From: Crocinitomicaceae bacterium
GTDB lineage: Bacteria > Bacteroidota > Bacteroidia > Flavobacteriales_G > Salibacteraceae
Assembly: GCA_002707155.1 (NCBI GenBank)
Contig: PAME01000012.1
Span: 61,547 to 125,546, forward strand
Reading direction: 5' to 3'
DNA: 64,000 nt
Below, piece by piece: positions 42,223 to 53,575 of the stretch. The notes under the pieces were generated by a model. It saw only the letters and a list, made by a program, of their open reading frames with translations. It searched no databases and had not been told where the DNA came from. The translations under genes were made by a program, and so were the position numbers. Within the stretch, counting starts at the first letter, position 1. Every line of letters begins with the position of its first letter.

Positions 42223-42831
42223 ATGGCTAGATACAGAGGACCAAAGTCCAAAATCGCAAGAAAGTTCGCAGACCCAATTTTTGGGCCGGATAAAGCGCTA
42301 GAAAGAAAAGCATACCCTCCTGGGCAACATGGTCCAAACAAAAGGAGAAATAAGAAAAGTGAGTATGCAGTTCAACTTGCTGAAAAGCAAAAAGCAAAAT
42401 ATACTTACGGTATTCTTGAACGTCAATTTGAGAATTTATTTAATAAAGCGTCTCGTACAAAAGGTATTACAGGTGAAAACTTGCTAATGTTTTGTGAAGC
42501 TAGATTAGATAACACTGTCTTTAGAATGGGAATTGCTCCAACTCGACGAGGAGGAAGACAATTGGTTGGTCATAGACACATTACAGTAAACGGAAATATT
42601 GTAAATATCCCTTCATACACTCTAAGACCAGGCGATGTAGTTTCAGTTAGAGAAAAGTCGAAGTCGCTTGAAGCAATTAGAAACTCGGTAGCATCTTCAG
42701 ATGTGTCTAAGTTTCCGTGGTTAGATTTTAACCGTGAGAATTTATCAGGAACATATGTACAAAACGCTCAACGATTGGATATTCCAGAGAATATCAAAGA
42801 ACAATTGATAGTTGAATTGTACTCCAAGTAA
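42223..42831 (+). CDS. rpsD: 30S ribosomal protein S4
   Basis: MARYRGP..K..R...., S4 RNA-binding domain. 202 aa. Preceded by a 77-nt spacer. Confidence 0.98.
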   Translation: MARYRGPKSKIARKFADPIFGPDKALERKAYPPGQHGPNKRRNKKSEYAVQLAEKQKAKYTYGILERQFENLFNKASRTKGITGENLLMFCEARLDNTVFRMGIAPTRRGGRQLVGHRHITVNGNIVNIPSYTLRPGDVVSVREKSKSLEAIRNSVASSDVSKFPWLDFNRENLSGTYVQNAQRLDIPENIKEQLIVELYSK

Positions 42832-42859
42832 TCATTAACGTAATCTTTAACAATAAAAC

Positions 42860-43849
42860 ATGGCAATCTTAGATTTTCAAAAACCAGATAAAGTCATAAT
42901 GATCGAATCCGACGAGAAATTTGGGCAATTCGAGTTCAGACCGTTAGAACCAGGATACGGAATTACTGTTGGTAATTCATTAAGAAGAATTTTACTTTCT
43001 TCTTTAGAAGGTTTTGCGGTAACTTCTGTAAAGATTGATGGCGTTGATCATGAATTTTCTACCATTAAAGGGGTAGCTGAAGATATTACTGAAATCATTT
43101 TGAATTTGAAACAAGTTCGTTTCAAGCAACAAATAGAAGACATTAGCAGTGAAAAAGTGAACATCAAAATTGGTGGTCAAGAGTCTTTAACTGCTGGTGA
43201 CATAGGACAATATACTTCTGCTTTTCAAGTATTAAATCCAGATCAAATAATTGCAAACATGGATAAAGGCGTTCAGCTTTCTATGGAATTGACAATTAAT
43301 AAGGGTCGTGGTTATGTGCCTGCTGAGGAGAATAAGGTAGATGGATCTTTAGGAACTATTCCGATTGATTCAATTTTTACTCCTATCAGAAACGTTAAGT
43401 ACAGTTTAGAGAATTATAGAGTTGAGCAAAAAACTGACTACGAGAAGTTAATAATGGAAATTGAAACAGATGGTTCTGTTCATCCAAAAGAAGCTTTGAA
43501 AGAAGGTGCTAAAATCTTAATTCACCACTTTATGCTTTTCTCTGACGAGAAAATCACTTTAGACACTGAAGAAAAAGCTGCTGAAGAAGAATTTGATGAA
43601 ACTTCATTGCATATGCGTCAATTGCTTAAAACTAAATTGGTTGATTTAGACCTTAGTGTTAGAGCTCTTAATTGTCTTAAGGCTGCTGAGATTGAAACTC
43701 TTGGAGATTTAGTGCAGTTTGATAAAAATGACATGCTTAAATTCAGAAACTTTGGTAAGAAGTCACTTACTGAATTGGAAGAGCTGGTAGAAGTTAAAGG
43801 ATTATCTTTCGGTATGAATTTGTCTAAGTACAAATTAGATAAGGAGTAA
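42860..43849 (+). CDS. rpoA: DNA-directed RNA polymerase subunit alpha
   Basis: 329 aa. [12 protein letters not shown]-terminal domain [17 protein letters not shown]. Confidence 0.98.
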   Translation: MAILDFQKPDKVIMIESDEKFGQFEFRPLEPGYGITVGNSLRRILLSSLEGFAVTSVKIDGVDHEFSTIKGVAEDITEIILNLKQVRFKQQIEDISSEKVNIKIGGQESLTAGDIGQYTSAFQVLNPDQIIANMDKGVQLSMELTINKGRGYVPAEENKVDGSLGTIPIDSIFTPIRNVKYSLENYRVEQKTDYEKLIMEIETDGSVHPKEALKEGAKILIHHFMLFSDEKITLDTEEKAAEEEFDETSLHMRQLLKTKLVDLDLSVRALNCLKAAEIETLGDLVQFDKNDMLKFRNFGKKSLTELEELVEVKGLSFGMNLSKYKLDKE

Positions 43850-43885
43850 AATTAAAGAGTAGCGAACTACGAATTTTAAGTTAAA

Positions 43886-44458
43886 ATGAGACACAATAAC
43901 AAAACAAAGAGTTTAGGTAGAAAAGCAGGACACCGTCGTGCGTTACTAGCTAACCTTGCTAGTTCTTTAATTGAACACAAAAGAATAAATACTACTCTAG
44001 CAAAAGGTAAAGTGCTTAGAACATATGTGGAGCCTCTACTTACAAGAGCTAAAACGGATACGACACATTCACGTCGTGTTGTCTTTAGTTATCTTCAAAA
44101 CAAAGAGGTGGTTGCCGAATTGTTTAGAGATGTTGCACCAAAGATTGCAGATCGTCCAGGCGGTTATACACGGGTTATCAAAACAGGAACTAGAAAAGGT
44201 GATGGTGCTGAAATGTGTATGATTGAGTTGGTAGATTACAATGAAATCTATGGAGCTGAGACTAAGAAGAAAACTACAAGACGAAGAAGAAAAAAATCTG
44301 ATGACACTGCAACTAAAGCTACAGAAGCAAAGGCAGCAGTAGTTGAAGACGCTGAAGTTGTAGAGGAAACTAAGGTTGAAGAGACAAAGGCTGTTGCAAA
44401 GGAAGAAACTCCAGTTGCAAAGGCTGACTCAAATGAAGAAGGAAAGGATAAAGATTAA
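43886..44458 (+). CDS. rplQ: 50S ribosomal protein L17 with a ~65 aa K/E/A-rich C-terminal extension
   Basis: MRHNNK...LGR...HR.A.L.NL. The L17 core ends near [12 protein letters not shown], followed by a low-complexity tail. 190 aa. Confidence 0.96.
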   Translation: MRHNNKTKSLGRKAGHRRALLANLASSLIEHKRINTTLAKGKVLRTYVEPLLTRAKTDTTHSRRVVFSYLQNKEVVAELFRDVAPKIADRPGGYTRVIKTGTRKGDGAEMCMIELVDYNEIYGAETKKKTTRRRRKKSDDTATKATEAKAAVVEDAEVVEETKVEETKAVAKEETPVAKADSNEEGKDKD

Positions 44459-44487
44459 AATTGATTCTTCATTAAAATAAAACACTT

Positions 44488-44530
44488 AAAAAGGATAAGG
44501 CTAATTTAGTTTTGTCCTTTTTTTTTATCA
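44488..44530 (+). terminator. Possible terminator of the ribosomal super-operon
   Basis: AAAAGGA...(imperfect stem with an inner CTAA/TTAG pair)...TCCTTTTTTTTT. The stem is weak but is followed by a T9 run 30 nt after the rplQ stop. Confidence 0.4.
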
Positions 44531-44553
44531 AATTTTTAAACGACGTATCTAGA

Positions 44554-46964
<2,411 letters not shown>

Positions 46965-47068
46965 GCTAGTATTTGTAAGTTAGCTGTTTGCGATGTATTT
47001 TCGCGATACAGCTAAACCTACACGGTTAACAGTTGTTTTTAACATAGAATTAAAAAGATCAGAAAAAA

Positions 47069-48358
47069 ATGTCAGATAAGGCTACACTTACATACGAAGG
47101 CAAAACATACGAGTTGCCAGTTGTTGAAGGAACAGAAAACGAAAAGGGAATTGATATTAGTAAGTTGAGAGCTCTATCGGGGCTAATTACACTTGATCCT
47201 GGGTTTAAAAATACTGGTTCTACTAGAAGTGCTATCACCTATCTAGACGGAGAAAATGGGATATTAAGATACAGAGGATACTCTATCGAAGAACTTGCAG
47301 AGAATGCTTCTTTCTTAGAGGTAAGCTATTTGATTATATATGGTGAATTGCCGAATAAATCGCAATATGAATTGTTCTGTAAAGAAATTACCGAGCATAC
47401 CTTGGTGCATGAAGAAATCAAAAATATTTTAGATGGGTTTCCGTCTAATGCACATCCTATGGGTGTATTGTCTTCTTTAATCTCATCTTTAACGGCATTT
47501 TACCCAGAGTCTTTAGACCCTAATCGTTCTTCAGAAGAGGTACATTTGAGCATTATTCGCATAATTGCCAAAATACCAACTTTGGCTTCATGGGCATTTA
47601 AAAATGAAATTGGACACCCAGTAAATTACCCTGATAATAACTTAGAGTATGGGTCGAATTTCCTTAAAATGATGTTTGCGATTCCTTCTGAGGTTTATAA
47701 GTCAGATCCAGTATTAGCGGATGCTTTGAATAAGCTATTAATTCTTCATGCAGATCACGAACAAAATTGTTCAACTGCTACAGTAAGAATTGTAGGATCA
47801 AGTCATGCAAGTTTGTATTCTTCGGTTTCAGCTGGTATTTCTGCTCTTTGGGGACCGCTTCACGGTGGAGCTAACCAAGCAGTTATTGAAATGTTGGAAG
47901 CAATTAGAGCTGACGGCGGTGATGTTCAGAAGTATATGGACAAAGCAAAAGATAAAGATGATCCATTCCGATTGATGGGTTTTGGTCACAGAGTTTATAA
48001 AAACTTTGATCCTAGAGCTAAGATTATTAAGAAAGCTGCCGATTCAGTATTGGCTAAATTAGGAGTGAATGATCCAGTTCTTGAAATTGCTAAGGGACTA
48101 GAAGAAGTTGCATTGAAAGATCCATATTTCGTAGAAAGAAAGCTTTATCCAAATGTAGATTTCTACTCGGGGATAATCTACAGAGCAATGGGAATACCTA
48201 CTCAAATGTTTACGGTTATGTTTGCTTTAGGTCGCCTTCCTGGTTGGATATCTCAATGGAAAGAAATGAGAGAAAACAATGAGCCAATTGGACGTCCAAG
48301 ACAAATATATACTGGAGCTAATGAGCGATCATTTGTGAATATTGGCGATAGAAAATAA
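47069..48358 (+). CDS. gltA: Citrate synthase (type II, hexameric type)
   Basis: 429 aa. LHADHEQN, GPLHGGAN, GFGHRVYK motifs. Confidence 0.97.
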   Translation: MSDKATLTYEGKTYELPVVEGTENEKGIDISKLRALSGLITLDPGFKNTGSTRSAITYLDGENGILRYRGYSIEELAENASFLEVSYLIIYGELPNKSQYELFCKEITEHTLVHEEIKNILDGFPSNAHPMGVLSSLISSLTAFYPESLDPNRSSEEVHLSIIRIIAKIPTLASWAFKNEIGHPVNYPDNNLEYGSNFLKMMFAIPSEVYKSDPVLADALNKLLILHADHEQNCSTATVRIVGSSHASLYSSVSAGISALWGPLHGGANQAVIEMLEAIRADGGDVQKYMDKAKDKDDPFRLMGFGHRVYKNFDPRAKIIKKAADSVLAKLGVNDPVLEIAKGLEEVALKDPYFVERKLYPNVDFYSGIIYRAMGIPTQMFTVMFALGRLPGWISQWKEMRENNEPIGRPRQIYTGANERSFVNIGDRK

Positions 48359-48377
48359 GCTAAAAAGAAAACTATAT

Positions 48378-48414
48378 AAAAGCTTCCTTAATTAAACTAA
48401 GGGAGCTTTTTTTT
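48378..48414 (+). terminator. Rho-independent terminator after gltA
   Basis: AGCTTCCTTA-loop-TAAGGGAGCT (one mismatch) followed by T8, 20 nt after the stop. Confidence 0.8.
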
Positions 48415-48426
48415 GCTCTAATCTAT

Positions 48427-48450
48427 CGTTATATTTGCTAAGATATAACG
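48427..48450. promoter_or_regulatory. Perfect palindrome CGTTATAT-N8-ATATAACG (ModE-type Mo-box candidate) overlapping a -7 box TATATTTG (48430-48437)
   Basis: 8/8 complementary arms, 7 nt upstream of the TTG start of the ModE-like gene. Resembles the ModE operator consensus (CGnTATATA-N6-TATATAnCG) as I recall it. Confidence 0.6.
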
Positions 48451-48456
48451 CTTGTC

Positions 48457-48783
48457 TTGAAAGTAAAGGGTAGAATATGGCTTGAACACAATGACCAAAT
48501 TATTTTGGGCGTTGGTCGCGTTCAATTGTTAGAACAGATAGCAATAGATGGTTCAATAAATAGTGCTTGTAAGTCTTTGAACATGTCATACAAAAAGGCC
48601 TGGAAACTTGTGGATTCTATGAATACGGTTGCTGATGAACCCCTAGTCGAAAAAGTAAGTGGGGGTAAAGGAGGAGGAGGCACCCGGGTAACCGATTTTG
48701 GAAAAGAAATGATTCAAAAATTTCGAACAGCTGAAGCAAATACTAAGCAGTTTTTTAAATCGGAATCCGAGCAATTTGACTGA
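48457..48783 (+). CDS. ModE-like winged-helix regulator, DNA-binding domain only (no Mop/TOBE molybdate-binding domains). TTG start
   Basis: 108 aa. GS(I)N.A.K....SYK.AW......N......LVE...GGKGGGGT.VT..G aligns with the N-terminal domain of E. coli ModE (GGKGGGG motif). Confidence 0.8.
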   Translation: MKVKGRIWLEHNDQIILGVGRVQLLEQIAIDGSINSACKSLNMSYKKAWKLVDSMNTVADEPLVEKVSGGKGGGGTRVTDFGKEMIQKFRTAEANTKQFFKSESEQFD

Positions 48784-49508
48784 TGGAATTAGCCTTGTAC
48801 ATATTACTTCCTTTTGTGGCGTTTTTGTATGCTTCAGTTGGTCATGGAGGAGCAAGTGGGTATTTGGCACTTATGGCAATTATGGGAGTTTCAGCTATTT
48901 ATATGAAGCCAACGGCACTAATTTTAAACCTTTGCGTCGCTGGAGTTGCTTTTCTGCAATTCAGAAGAATGGGCTATTTTAAGTGGAGGTTGTTTTATCC
49001 ATTTATAATTACTTCAATTCCCGCTGCTTTAATTGGAGGCTACCTTAGCCTTGATGGAGAAATTTACAAGCGAATTCTAGGTGTACTATTGATTTTTGCA
49101 GTTATTAGAATGCTTTGGAGGCCAAATGTCGAAAAACAAGAAAACATCAAAATACCCATTTTTTACGGCCTCGTTTCAGGTGCATTAATTGGTTTCTTTT
49201 CGGGTTTGATTGGAATAGGGGGCGGAATTATTTTGTCACCACTTATTTTAGTGTTTGGTTGGGCCAGCGTAAAAGAAGCGGCGGCTGTTTCTGCATTGTT
49301 TATTTGGGTTAATTCCTTTGCGGGATTAATTGGGCTGTCAATTGCAGGGTTTGAGTTAGAACCAAATTACATACTGCTAATTGTTTCAGCTGTTGCAGGA
49401 GGTCTGGGAGGTGCTTATTTTGGGGGTTCAGTTTTAAATGCAAAGAAGCTGTCCTATCTGCTTGTTGGAGTTTTAACATTGGCTTCAATTAAACTAATAA
49501 TGTTCTGA
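48783..49508 (+). CDS. TauE/SafE (DUF81) family anion permease
   Basis: 241 aa, ~7-8 TM helices with the two-repeat G-rich pattern typical of DUF81. TGATG overlaps at both ends imply translational coupling. Confidence 0.75.
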   Translation: MELALYILLPFVAFLYASVGHGGASGYLALMAIMGVSAIYMKPTALILNLCVAGVAFLQFRRMGYFKWRLFYPFIITSIPAALIGGYLSLDGEIYKRILGVLLIFAVIRMLWRPNVEKQENIKIPIFYGLVSGALIGFFSGLIGIGGGIILSPLILVFGWASVKEAAAVSALFIWVNSFAGLIGLSIAGFELEPNYILLIVSAVAGGLGGAYFGGSVLNAKKLSYLLVGVLTLASIKLIMF

Positions 49509-50065
49509 TGGAAATTCAAGCAGTAATATTGGCTGGAGGGAAAAGCTCTAGAATGGGAACTGATAAAGGTTTGTTAGAGATAGCAGGGAAGCCTATGGTT
49601 CAGCATTTAATTGAAACTTTGCAACCATTAGCCGCAAATAGTTGGATCTCAACGTCAAATAAAATGTACATCCAATTTGGCGTTTCATTATTAACGGACG
49701 AGTATGATTCAATAGGACCGCTGGGTGGAATTCATATTGCATTGCAAAGAGCAACAACTCCTTTTGTTTTGGTTGTTTCTGTAGATGCGCCTTTTGTGTC
49801 AAAGGAATGTATTTTAAAGCTGAAAGGAAGTTGCGAGCAGGATACCATTGTGATTTCTAGGTGCGCTGGAAAACCCTACCCTTTAATTGGCTGTTATCCG
49901 GTAACAGCTTTAAAAAAGTTGGAAGAATATATTGATCAAGGAAATAGGTCAGTATTTGGCTTTTTGGAATCACAAAAAGTAAAAGAAATTGAATTTTCTG
50001 ATCAGTTAAATGACTGTTTTCGAAATATAAATACACCACAAGATTTATCAGAAGTTCAAGGATGA
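49508..50065 (+). CDS. mobA: Molybdenum cofactor guanylyltransferase
   Basis: VILAGGKSSRMG.DKGLL...GKPM MobA N-terminal motif. 185 aa. Confidence 0.88.
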   Translation: MEIQAVILAGGKSSRMGTDKGLLEIAGKPMVQHLIETLQPLAANSWISTSNKMYIQFGVSLLTDEYDSIGPLGGIHIALQRATTPFVLVVSVDAPFVSKECILKLKGSCEQDTIVISRCAGKPYPLIGCYPVTALKKLEEYIDQGNRSVFGFLESQKVKEIEFSDQLNDCFRNINTPQDLSEVQG

Positions 50066-50301
50066 AAGTAAAGATTACATTTTATGGTCAAACTTTGGAG
50101 ATTGTAAATTCTAGTGAGATTGAAATGGAAATTAGCGAATCGACAATGGCTTATGATATTAGAAATTCGTTAGCAGAGAAGTATCCAAAATTGTCAACTG
50201 TTGAGTTGAAACTGGCAGTAAATAATAAGATGATCGCCAATGATTTAAAGTTAAATGATGGCGATGAAATTTCAATTTTACCTCCGTTTTCTGGAGGATA
50301 A
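50062..50301 (+). CDS. moaD: Molybdopterin synthase sulfur-carrier subunit (MoaD/ThiS fold)
   Basis: 79 aa ending in ...PPFSGG (C-terminal Gly-Gly). ATGA overlap with mobA. Confidence 0.85.
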   Translation: MKVKITFYGQTLEIVNSSEIEMEISESTMAYDIRNSLAEKYPKLSTVELKLAVNNKMIANDLKLNDGDEISILPPFSGG

Positions 50302-50306
50302 TAATT

Positions 50307-50762
50307 ATGAGTATGGAAAAGAAATTAAGAAAGCCAAAACCAATTTTTAAGCAAGGAGCTATTTCAGCAGAATCTATTGGAGTGTCTATTGCAAACCACC
50401 AAACGAAAACGGAAATAGGAGCACATAATATTTTTATGGGTCAGGTGCGCGCGGATGAAATAGTTGGAAAGAGAGTAATAGCAATAGAATATACAGCAAA
50501 TGAAGCGTTGGCAAATGAAACTGTTTTTGCAATACGAGAGCAAGCATTCGATAATTACGACCTAACCTGTATGCACATTTATCATAGTTTAGGCGAGGTA
50601 AAAGCAGGAGAAATATGCCTTTTTATTTTTGTTTCTTCACCGCGACGGGATGCTGCAAATGAAGCATGCCGATTTATTTTAGAGGCCATTAAAAAGGAAG
50701 CTCCAATTTTTGGAAGGGAAATTTTTGAGGACAGTACACATGAATGGAAAAAGAACAGTTAG
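50307..50762 (+). CDS. moaE: Molybdopterin synthase catalytic subunit
   Basis: 151 aa. GA...F.G.VR. HR.G....GE......V.S.HR..A..A....I..IK...PI.K.E pattern. Adjacent to moaD. Confidence 0.88.
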   Translation: MSMEKKLRKPKPIFKQGAISAESIGVSIANHQTKTEIGAHNIFMGQVRADEIVGKRVIAIEYTANEALANETVFAIREQAFDNYDLTCMHIYHSLGEVKAGEICLFIFVSSPRRDAANEACRFILEAIKKEAPIFGREIFEDSTHEWKKNS

Positions 50763-50806
50763 GGTGAATTAGTTAGTAGCGACGAGTTTTTAGTAACTAG
50801 TTGTTA

Positions 50807-50841
50807 ACTGCTAACTAAATACTAATTATTAATAACTAAAT
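50807..50841 (+). repeat. Phased 7-nt tandem array ACTGCTA ACTAAAT ACTAATT ATTAATA ACTAAAT ending 1 nt before the moaC ATG
   Basis: ACT recurs at 50807, 50814, 50821 and 50835 (degenerate ATT at 50828), giving a period of 7. Confidence 0.7.
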
Positions 50842-50842
50842 A

Positions 50843-51751
50843 ATGTTAGACATAACGCACAAATCAAATACCTTAAGAATAGCAGTAGCTCAGGCAATTG
50901 TTCAAGTTTCTAAACAAGAAACAATACAAGCAATTGAAGAAGGTACTGTGCCAAAAGGTGATGTGTTTTCTATGGCAAAAGCTGCGGGACTGCTTGGGGT
51001 AAAAAAAACATGGGAAATGATGCCCGATTGTCATCCTTTACCAATTGAGTTTACTGGTATTGAATATGCTATCGAAGGTTTAAACGTCATCATTTCTGTA
51101 ACCGTAAAAACGATATATAAAACTGGGGTAGAAGTAGAAGCAATGCACGGAGCATCGATAGTTGCATTAACGTTGTACGACATGCTGAAGCCAATTGACA
51201 AAGGAGTAGAAATTAATAACATCAAACTGCTATCAAAGAAAGGTGGAAAGTCGGATTGGAAAGATAAGTTTAGAAAGGATTTAACGGCTTCAGTAATTGT
51301 TTGCAGTGATACTATATCGGCAGGACAAAAAGAAGATAGAGCAGGGCTGGCAATTTGCGAAAAGCTCAAAACTTTTGATGTGACAATTGAAAATTATTCA
51401 ATAATACCCGATGAACTAAATCTAATTCAAGCTGAGGTATCCAAATCTAAAAACAAACACGATTTATTGATTTTTACAGGCGGAACGGGAATGTCTGTCC
51501 GAGATGTTACTCCAGATGCAGTTCGACCACTTCTAGATAGAGAAATGGCAGGTGTTATGGAAGCAGCTCGGTCTTATGGGCAAGAACGAACACCGTTTTC
51601 AATGCTTTCGCGCGGTGTTGCGGGAACTGCTGGAAGAACAGTAGTATTGACTTTACCAGGATCAACTAAAGGTGCGTCAGAAACTATGGACGCTTTGTTT
51701 CCGGCATTACTTCACATTTTTAAAATTATTGGCGGCGGTAGGCACGATTAA
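50843..51751 (+). CDS. moaC: Bifunctional cyclic pyranopterin monophosphate synthase MoaC fused to a MoaB/MogA-like domain
   Basis: N-terminal half: MoaC motifs (K..T.R.A.A, MMPDCHPLPI, GVEVEAM.GAS). C-terminal half: MogA/MoaB (CSDT.S.G..EDR.G, TGGTG...RDVTP.A). 302 aa. Confidence 0.9.
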   Translation: MLDITHKSNTLRIAVAQAIVQVSKQETIQAIEEGTVPKGDVFSMAKAAGLLGVKKTWEMMPDCHPLPIEFTGIEYAIEGLNVIISVTVKTIYKTGVEVEAMHGASIVALTLYDMLKPIDKGVEINNIKLLSKKGGKSDWKDKFRKDLTASVIVCSDTISAGQKEDRAGLAICEKLKTFDVTIENYSIIPDELNLIQAEVSKSKNKHDLLIFTGGTGMSVRDVTPDAVRPLLDREMAGVMEAARSYGQERTPFSMLSRGVAGTAGRTVVLTLPGSTKGASETMDALFPALLHIFKIIGGGRHD

Positions 51752-52755
51752 GGTTCTTCAATTTTTAAAATACTCCTTTTAAAAGTTCTATTTAATTGAT
51801 CTTTTGTTGCTGCAGAAAGTGGGTTGTTTTTGATATGAATCAGTTTTAGTTTTAGGCTATAAAACTCGTTGGGAAGTTTGCTGATCTCATTGCCATTCAA
51901 ATTAATTTCCTTTAGTTTTTTTAGATTTTCGATAGTGGGGCTGATGTTCAGTAAACTGCAACCTTCTAAGTTTAAGTGACGTAATTTTTTTAATTCAGAG
52001 AGTTTAATAAATGGATCGTCAGATTGCAAGCTTATGCTGCTTAAGTTAAGGTCTACCAAAATGGGGTAAAGCGCAGGATTGAAACTTGCCCAATCTAATT
52101 CATTGTCGCTAACTGAAAGTTTTATCAATTTATTAAGGCGCTCATTTTCTGGAAATGAAACAAAACCTGTGTGATAGAGGGTTAAGGTTTCTAGTTGTTT
52201 TCCTTCTCTAAAAATAGCAGCATGATTTTGTATTGGATTATTATCTATGTAAAGGAACTTAAGCGTAGATGGGAAAACCTCTCCTTCGGGTATTTTTGCA
52301 ATAAAATTGTAGCGTAAATAAAGTTCTTCTATTACAAAATGAAAGTTTCCCAGTTGCGGAAAAAGGATAAGTTGATTGTTGTCGAGGTTAAGTCTTTTAA
52401 GAAAAGTAAGGCTATTACGTCCAATTGAAAACTCTTTAATTCTATTATTGGCAATATCCAGCATTACCACATTCTGAAATTTATTGGGCATTATATCTAC
52501 CTTCTGGATATTATTATCACTAAGAATTATGGAACGTAAGTTTGGGAACTTATACAACTGTTCTGGAAATTCGGTTAATTTTCGATTTCTTAAATCTATA
52601 TTGTACACCGATTCAGGCTCGCGCAAAGCAAAACTTAAACTTGTATAAACCCTATTTTCAATAGTTTCGTCTAGTCCATTATAATAATATTGGCAACGAG
52701 CTGAATAGCTTATAGAGAGTAAAAACAGAAAACTTAGTATTCGGAAAGCAATCAT
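51748..52755 (-). CDS. Secreted leucine-rich-repeat protein
   Basis: ~11 LRR units (LxxLxLxxNxL). I prefer the start at M20 (MIAFRILSFLFLLSISYSA), which gives a clean signal peptide. Its stop overlaps the moaC stop (TTAA). Confidence 0.8.
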   Translation of the reverse strand: MIAFRILSFLFLLSISYSARCQYYYNGLDETIENRVYTSLSFALREPESVYNIDLRNRKLTEFPEQLYKFPNLRSIILSDNNIQKVDIMPNKFQNVVMLDIANNRIKEFSIGRNSLTFLKRLNLDNNQLILFPQLGNFHFVIEELYLRYNFIAKIPEGEVFPSTLKFLYIDNNPIQNHAAIFREGKQLETLTLYHTGFVSFPENERLNKLIKLSVSDNELDWASFNPALYPILVDLNLSSISLQSDDPFIKLSELKKLRHLNLEGCSLLNISPTIENLKKLKEINLNGNEISKLPNEFYSLKLKLIHIKNNPLSAATKDQLNRTFKRSILKIEEP

Positions 52756-52765
52756 AATATAAGAA

Positions 52766-53398
52766 GTGGTAAAGGTAAGTAAGCAAATTTTTAAAAGTGT
52801 TGGATATATCATTTTGATCCTTCTGGTTTTTTCGGCTTTACCTTATTCCAAACAAGTTAGGATTGCACAGATGCCACTTAAAATTGGTGGGAGTATTCCT
52901 GCTGATTTTGGAGATGTAATTATTGTTCCGGGAAGTGGCTGCAATCCAGGTCGAGGAACCGAAGAACGTTTGAATTTGGCTAGTTCTCTTTACCAAATTA
53001 AAAAGAGAAAGGTTATTCTTTCAGAAGGCACTTGTTTTCCGCATGAACGTAAGGGTTTTATTAAGCGGATGACTACCGAATGGAAAATTGATTTAGAAGA
53101 TATTATTTGGGATACCTTGAGTTTGACTACTCAAGACAATATCAAGAATTCGCAGATTTTAGCTAAGGACTATGACTGCAAAAATGCGGTTGTATGCACT
53201 TCTCCATTTCATCAGATGCGCTGTGGAATATTGATGTTCAAACATTGGGATGGTGACTTTAAAATTGCCGCAATGCCAAAGGATATGCTTGAGATGGAAA
53301 AAGAACAAGTGTATATTGATCAAAGGGGTAAAACCTTAAAAGAAGAGTATTTAAAGAGCATATATGAGCTTGTTTTCTTCTTTTCAACTGAAAAGTAA
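52766..53398 (+). CDS. DUF218 / YdcF-ElyC-SanA family membrane-anchored protein (GTG start, uncertain)
   Basis: N-terminal TM helix. IIVPGSG...R...A..LY......I.SEG pattern typical of DUF218. 210 aa. Confidence 0.65.
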   Translation: MVKVSKQIFKSVGYIILILLVFSALPYSKQVRIAQMPLKIGGSIPADFGDVIIVPGSGCNPGRGTEERLNLASSLYQIKKRKVILSEGTCFPHERKGFIKRMTTEWKIDLEDIIWDTLSLTTQDNIKNSQILAKDYDCKNAVVCTSPFHQMRCGILMFKHWDGDFKIAAMPKDMLEMEKEQVYIDQRGKTLKEEYLKSIYELVFFFSTEK

Positions 53399-53575
53399 AG
53401 CAGGTTTTATTTGTTTCTTTTGCAGACAACGAGCATCATTTCTTCAAGTTAAACCTGGAGCTAATGGGCGTGTTTTTGATTAAAGAGACAACCAGTCCGT
53501 ACTGCAATAAGTGGCTTTTCATGGTGTTGCAGATGTCCTTTATTTATCAGTAAAGCTTAAAACAGTTCGAGCTAA

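Noticed and set aside
50763-50842. Possible Moco riboswitch in the moaE-moaC spacer or upstream of the operon
   Set aside because: The spacer is only 80 nt, AT-rich and repeat-like, which is too short for the ~130+ nt Moco riboswitch. I did not recognise that motif anywhere in 48359-50842.
51748-51751. Convergent moaC-fusion and LRR genes share overlapping stop codons (TTAA), leaving no room for a terminator
   Set aside because: The overlap is real in the sequence, but such convergent overlaps are common in compact genomes, so I did not treat it as a finding.
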